A DNA stretch of 19,465 nt from Candidatus Altimarinota bacterium (GTDB taxonomy: Bacteria > Patescibacteriota > Gracilibacteria > JBDHUY01), in NCBI GenBank assembly GCA_039809385.1, contig JBDHUY010000024.1:1-19465 (forward strand), written 5' to 3'. The notes below the pieces were generated by a model. It saw nothing but the letters and a program-made list of their open reading frames with translations. It was not told the DNA's origin and made no database searches. The first letter of the stretch is position 1; each line of letters starts with the position of its first letter. The position numbers and the translations under genes are program-made. Positions 15,126-19,465 of the stretch are shown here, one piece after another.

Positions 15126-15821
15126 ATGGAAGCGCTCAATCATCTGATTACCGGTTTTGTCCAGCAGTACGGTATTGTCGCCATTACGCTCATTCTTTTT
15201 GTGGAGACTGGCTTGCTGGTCGGCTTTTTTCTGCCCGGGGATACTCTGCTTTTTCTGGCTGGTATCTATGCCACGCGCGGATACTTTCCTTTGTGGCAGC
15301 TTTTTTTGTTTGGGTCTCTGGCCGCTATTGTCGGGGATAGTTTGGGCTACTGGATTGGCAAAGTATGGGGCAAATCGATCGAAAAGAAAAAAGACAGCAT
15401 TTTTCTCAACTACCACCATCTGGAAATGACCGAAAAGTTTTACAAGCGCCACGGCGGCAAAACGATTGTGATCGCCCGCTTTGTTGGCTTCCTGCGTACT
15501 TTTGCGCCGTTGGTTGCCGGTGCGGCCCGCATGCACTACCGTTCGTTTCTTCTCTACAATATTTCTGGCGGTATATTTTGGGTGCTGTCTGTCTCGCTTT
15601 TGGGCTATTACCTGGGAGCCGAATTTCAGTGGATGATCCATGTGGCTGATTTTGCCACCGCCATGATTGTCGTCATTTCACTCGTTGCTGCCGGATCCCT
15701 GGTGTTTTACCGCCTCTTTGAACGGTATTTCATCGTGTACGAGCCCCACCCCAAGCACCCGCATAAGAAAGTCCGTAAATTTACGCTTCACAAAAAACAG
15801 CAAGATCACCCTGGCAAATAG
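15126..15821 (+). CDS. dedA: DedA/VTT family membrane protein
   Basis: FVETGLLVGFFLPGDTLLF, GDSLGYWIG, FYKRHGGKTIVIARF...RTFAP.VAG and FLLYNISG. Confidence 0.93.
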   Translation: MEALNHLITGFVQQYGIVAITLILFVETGLLVGFFLPGDTLLFLAGIYATRGYFPLWQLFLFGSLAAIVGDSLGYWIGKVWGKSIEKKKDSIFLNYHHLEMTEKFYKRHGGKTIVIARFVGFLRTFAPLVAGAARMHYRSFLLYNISGGIFWVLSVSLLGYYLGAEFQWMIHVADFATAMIVVISLVAAGSLVFYRLFERYFIVYEPHPKHPHKKVRKFTLHKKQQDHPGK

Positions 15822-15916
15822 CTGAAATATTTTTGACTCTCCTCGTCAAAGCTTCTTTGTCTTACAGGTACATCGTATTGCTTCACACCGAACTGAAGTT
15901 TTTTTAGAATCGAACA

Positions 15917-15945
15917 TTGACATTGCATATATATCTCACTATAGT
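15917..15945 (+). promoter_or_regulatory. Near-consensus sigma70 promoter
   Basis: TTGACA-N17-TATAGT. The TTG 'start' in the ORF track coincides with this -35 box. Confidence 0.75.
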
Positions 15946-15973
15946 CGGTTCTTGTTTTTTTTATCACTTGGGT

Positions 15974-16864
15974 ATGTCATTGGAAAACCTAAATTCAGAA
16001 ATGTTGGAATCAAAGGGAGACACGATAAACAAAGGAAACAATATTCCCGTATCTCTCCAGTCGAAGTATTTTGCCATGATTTTTGCACTTTTATTTTCTG
16101 CTTGTGTTTCTCCTCAAGAGATTCGCGCGCAGGGCAACGTATCCCGTCTCATACAGAGTGCTCCGAACAATAATCCGGATAAACCTGCATCCCCCCCCGC
16201 ATCCGACCTCCCCGATCGTCCTTCTGATACGGAAGCTAAAGAAAAAAGTAATATACCACACCCTGCCAAACCGATCGAAGGAGTGATCGGCACGGATCTC
16301 CGGATCGTAAATGGTGACAACTTCGTTGCTGGCGGTCTGTTCTCACGCATTGATATACCCATTAACGATCGATTTGGATTGTTTACGCTTGCTTTTCTCG
16401 ATTCTCCGGATGTGTTTCATCGTTCTCCTGACAGTTTCGCCGTCTATGGCGGGGTAACTGCGGGATACTCGCTGCCCAAGCTGGCTACTACGGCCACGCT
16501 GAGTGTCGGCGGCGGGATAACCCATACGTCGAATAGGAATGAACCTATCTCCGGGAATTCTCTGGCAACTACAACGGAATTTCCCTACGGTGTCACGCTG
16601 GATACGTTTCATATTGCCGAAGTTACTGAACAGATTGCGTTTTGTCGTGCTTTTTTTGACATTAAACATAGAGCGCTGCACACAGCCGGGGTACAGAGTG
16701 TGGGGGTTGAGTGGATCCCGCGGCAAGAACCATACATCAGCATTGTCTTCAAGGGGCCTGCCAACTCCAGCGTACGCGTCAGTGTAGCTCCTACGGGGAA
16801 TCGCCAGGACCAACCAATATTTCGCGTCGGAATCAATTTTCCCCTCAAGATTCCGCGAAAATAA
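15974..16864 (+). CDS. Hypothetical membrane-anchored or secreted protein (hydrophobic segment, Pro-rich linker, beta-rich domain)
   Basis: ATG 28 nt after the promoter; YFAMIFALLFSAC hydrophobic stretch, a PDKPASPPASDLPDRP linker, then alternating-residue beta segments. Confidence 0.65.
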   Translation: MSLENLNSEMLESKGDTINKGNNIPVSLQSKYFAMIFALLFSACVSPQEIRAQGNVSRLIQSAPNNNPDKPASPPASDLPDRPSDTEAKEKSNIPHPAKPIEGVIGTDLRIVNGDNFVAGGLFSRIDIPINDRFGLFTLAFLDSPDVFHRSPDSFAVYGGVTAGYSLPKLATTATLSVGGGITHTSNRNEPISGNSLATTTEFPYGVTLDTFHIAEVTEQIAFCRAFFDIKHRALHTAGVQSVGVEWIPRQEPYISIVFKGPANSSVRVSVAPTGNRQDQPIFRVGINFPLKIPRK

Positions 16865-17067
16865 AAGCTTTCCGGTAGTCGTATAGCTAAGCCCCGTCTC
16901 GTAGTGTTTATAGCTACCCAGAACTGGTTTGGCCTTTGGGTCAAGCTCATTTTTTGGCGTATTGATTGAGTTTTTCCGGTATTTTTTCTATACTGAATTG
17001 AAGTATCCGTGTTACCTGTGGGCTACTTCAATCCGAATTTGCCTATTTCTTTTTATAATCTGGTACT

Positions 17068-17664
17068 ATGGTGCGTTCAAAAAAACTGATTCGATCTCTC
17101 CTTTTAGCTTTTCTTCTACTCGTTGTGACCGGTTGTCAGTCTTCGGCTACGAATCCGATTGCGCCCAAACAGCCGAATCGTAATACCTCCGAGCTATATC
17201 CTGCTGCCTCGAAGAAAACCTATCCGGTAAAGATTATAGCGGAAAAGAGTTCTTACGGCGCCCGCAAAGGCGATACGCTTTCCGTAAAAGTCAAGACGAC
17301 CGGGAATACTCCGCTCCAACCCTTACTAGGGGTAAAGCTGGTGTTGTCGGATATTCCGGCGTATTTGCAGAATCCCAAGTTTACTATTTCCAACCAGGTG
17401 ACAAATCACTTATTGCGGGATCTGGGACAAGGACAGATCGTGCTCTTGCTGACCGGCATGCGGATCGAATCGGAAGCCGAACTGGGTACCTTGACCTTTA
17501 CCGTTGCCGAGGACGTTACTCCCTCGACCATCTCGTTGTTTTACGATAAGAACCCGGCTTCACTCAAGGTGAGCGAGATTTCCGGTACTGACGGAGTAAG
17601 CAAAACCGCATATGTGACGTATCCACTCTCTTCGGGACCGTTCTTTGAGATCGAGACCAGGTAG
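17068..17664 (+). CDS. Putative lipoprotein with cohesin-like beta-sandwich domain
   Basis: Basic N-region, hydrophobic core and lipobox VTGC. GDTLSVKV...LGTLTFTV...TISL resembles cohesin/Ig-like folds. Confidence 0.7.
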   Translation: MVRSKKLIRSLLLAFLLLVVTGCQSSATNPIAPKQPNRNTSELYPAASKKTYPVKIIAEKSSYGARKGDTLSVKVKTTGNTPLQPLLGVKLVLSDIPAYLQNPKFTISNQVTNHLLRDLGQGQIVLLLTGMRIESEAELGTLTFTVAEDVTPSTISLFYDKNPASLKVSEISGTDGVSKTAYVTYPLSSGPFFEIETR

Positions 17665-17700
17665 AAAGAGAGCAGGTTTATCGAATAAGAATGAGTTTAC

Positions 17701-17799
17701 CGTCATTGCGAGGAAGCTTGCTCAGTCTTGTAAAGGGTCTATGTGCTAGACGAAGCAATCTCAGTACTCGGTACAAAGCGGCTGTGGCTTCTCATGACG
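17701..17799. repeat. Degenerate GTCATTGCGAG...GAAGCAATCTC-type REP/RPE-like element
   Basis: CGTCATTGCGAGG...GACGAAGCAATCTC...CTCATGACG in an intergenic space; the two ends are partly inverted. Confidence 0.55.
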
Positions 17800-17838
17800 T
17801 GATTCTCCCTGTTTTTTTATACTGTTATACTTCTTCCC

Positions 17839-18996
17839 GTGTCTTCAAAACGCCCCTCGTTGATCGTTACTCATCCGGTTGTCAGCGCTCTGACTGCCTA
17901 TTTTTCGGGGGTATTAGTGTATGGTGCTGGAATGCTGGTGTTTAATTTTTTCCCTTTCCACCGCGATTTTATCAATCGGGGCGATGTGGCGCTTCACGGT
18001 TTGCCTCCCTGGCTTTTGACCGGCCTGGAAACTTTTTTTACGATTATCGGTCGCAATACATTCGGCGTATTGCTTCATCTATATCTCGGGTATCTCGTAA
18101 TAGGATTGCTCTGGTTTCTATTTTATCGATATGCCGATCTCTCCCATAATCGCCCTCTGCTCTTTTTGCGAACCCTTAAAAAGGTAATTCTGGGATTGCC
18201 CGAATATTTTGCGCGCCTGGGATCTCACATTCCGTTACCGAAATTGCCCGTAACGCCCGAAGAAAAGACCAATCTGCTTTTTTTCGCAGTAAAATTCTTC
18301 TATCTGCCGCTGATGCTCAATTTCTTTTTTGGCAATCTGGCAGGAGTGGTCAACAGTCTATCGCAAGTACAGAATTTGGGCGGCATGCCCGAGGAAGCCC
18401 GGTTGCAAACACTTTATTTTCTGGTATTTAATTTTTTCTTACTGATCGACACGTCCTATTTTGTGCTCGGCTATGCCTTCGAGTTTCAGCGCTGGGGGAA
18501 CCGGGTGCGTTCGGTTGAGCCGACGTTGCTGGGCTGGGTCGTTACTCTCGCCTGTTATCCGCCGTTTAACGATATTACTTCCCGCGTGCTGGGGTGGGGG
18601 TCAGCCGATTATATGAATTTTTGGGGCTCCATTTTCTGGACCAAGTTTTTCCTGGGGATTAGTTTACTGCTCTTTGCGGTCTATGTGTGGGCAACGTTGT
18701 CGCTCGGACTTAAATCGAGCAATTTGACCAATCGCGGTACGGTCACGCGTGGCGCCTATGCCATCGTGCGCCATCCGGCATATGTCTCTAAAAACTTCGC
18801 CTGGCTGATCATGGGCCTGCCGATCGTTTTTCCTCTCAACGGCTCACCTAATTGGTGGGCTCTCGTTTCGATTTTGGCCTGGATGGGGATCTACTTTTTG
18901 CGGGCGGTGACCGAAGAACGCCATCTCTCACTCGATCCCGACTATCGGGCGTATGCGCAGAAGGTGAAATACCGTTTTATTCCGGGGGTATGGTAG
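17839..18996 (+). CDS. Isoprenylcysteine carboxylmethyltransferase (ICMT/PEMT)-family integral membrane protein
   Basis: Multiple TM segments and C-terminal RGAYAIVRHPAY...RAVTEERHL...YRAYAQKVKYRFIPG. The GTG start lies 7 nt after TGtTATACT. Confidence 0.85.
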   Translation: MSSKRPSLIVTHPVVSALTAYFSGVLVYGAGMLVFNFFPFHRDFINRGDVALHGLPPWLLTGLETFFTIIGRNTFGVLLHLYLGYLVIGLLWFLFYRYADLSHNRPLLFLRTLKKVILGLPEYFARLGSHIPLPKLPVTPEEKTNLLFFAVKFFYLPLMLNFFFGNLAGVVNSLSQVQNLGGMPEEARLQTLYFLVFNFFLLIDTSYFVLGYAFEFQRWGNRVRSVEPTLLGWVVTLACYPPFNDITSRVLGWGSADYMNFWGSIFWTKFFLGISLLLFAVYVWATLSLGLKSSNLTNRGTVTRGAYAIVRHPAYVSKNFAWLIMGLPIVFPLNGSPNWWALVSILAWMGIYFLRAVTEERHLSLDPDYRAYAQKVKYRFIPGVW

Positions 18997-19014
18997 GGCG
19001 AGGAGTTGGGAGAA

Positions 19015-19070
19015 CGGAGAATGGAGTGCGGAGAGGGCTGACAGCAAACAGCTGACAGCAAACTGTTTCC
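19015..19070. repeat. Short intergenic tandem repeats (GGAGnnn heptamers; GCTGACAGCAAAC x2)
   Basis: ggagaac-ggagaat-ggagtgc-ggagagg followed by gctgacagcaaaca-gctgacagcaaact. Confidence 0.5.
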
Positions 19071-19163
19071 CAATTCTGAATTTTGTATCCATTCACTGCG
19101 TTCAGAACAAGGTTTACGTTTGCAATTACTCTGATCTCCTGACCCCCTTCTCTCAACTATTCA

Positions 19164-19192
19164 TTGACCTTTGGCGCGCTTTTTACTACTAT
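19164..19192 (+). promoter_or_regulatory. Sigma70-type promoter for tRNA-Leu
   Basis: TTGACC-N17-TACTAT, 34 nt upstream of the tRNA. Confidence 0.6.
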
Positions 19193-19226
19193 GGATTCGC
19201 TTTGAAAAGAGAAGCGCTGAGAATAA

Positions 19227-19311
19227 GCCGTCGTGGTGGAATTGGTAGACACGTACGCTTCAGGAGCGTATGTCGCAAGACGTGAGAGTTCAAATCTCTC
19301 CGACGGCACCA
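19227..19311 (+). tRNA. tRNA-Leu(CAG)
   Basis: 85 nt: acceptor GCCGTCG/CGACGGC, anticodon stem TACGC/GCGTA with anticodon CAG, long variable arm, T-loop TTCAAAT, encoded CCA. Confidence 0.97.
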
Positions 19312-19465
19312 GATAAAATTAAAGAACGATCGCAAAAAACATATATCTACCCGGGCTGATTTTGGTGTGTTGTCGAAGGAAATAAAATATATTAAAAATC
19401 GACATTATATAATTTCCGTTTTGCATGTCTTTCTCTCTTCCCAGGTTCAGGAAAATATCCTATGC

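Noticed and set aside
15012-15641. 209-aa minus-strand ORF
   Set aside because: Antisense to a clear dedA gene.
15917-15973. TTG start for the 315-aa ORF
   Set aside because: The TTG is part of a TTGACA -35 box, so the ATG at 15974 is the more plausible start.
17691-17945. 84-aa ORF MSLPSLRGS
   Set aside because: It is a translation of the palindromic repeat element and overlaps the ICMT-family gene.
14167-19311. Functional link between the nearby tRNA genes and a tRNA-cleaving effector, or a tRNA-bounded integrated island
   Set aside because: Both tRNAs look like ordinary chromosomal genes separated from the cas locus by comM, and no integrase or matching att pair is visible.
1-19465. Alternative genetic code 25 (TGA=Gly, Gracilibacteria-type)
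   Set aside because: Long conserved genes are unbroken in code 11, and TGA ends the helicase and NYN genes at sensible positions.

Overview
Bases 1-12.2 kb hold a type V CRISPR-Cas locus on the minus strand. In transcription order it reads: cas12a (1354 aa, all three RuvC acidic residues present), a second divergent Cas12 effector (1123 aa, Cas12a2/Cas12a3 'Cms1'-like, with a C-terminal Zn ribbon and visibly lower GC), an NYN/PIN ribonuclease, a Pif1-type helicase with a C-terminal WYL domain, cas4, cas1, cas2, a leader, and a CRISPR array (two 36-bp V-A-type repeats visible at the left edge). The most notable points are (1) two effectors sharing one array, (2) two non-cas nucleic-acid enzymes between the effectors and the adaptation module, and (3) a Cas12a that appears to lack the His-containing pre-crRNA-processing loop. 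The right part is ordinary chromosome: comM/yifB, tRNA-Thr(GGT), a hypothetical gene, dedA, two secreted or lipoprotein genes, an ICMT-family membrane protein and tRNA-Leu(CAG), with several REP-like palindromes. The gene style (few Shine-Dalgarno sites, apparently leaderless starts, cohesin-like lipoprotein) suggests a CPR/Patescibacteria-like host, which is inference only. Family assignments come from motifs recognised by eye and from memory; no database search was run.
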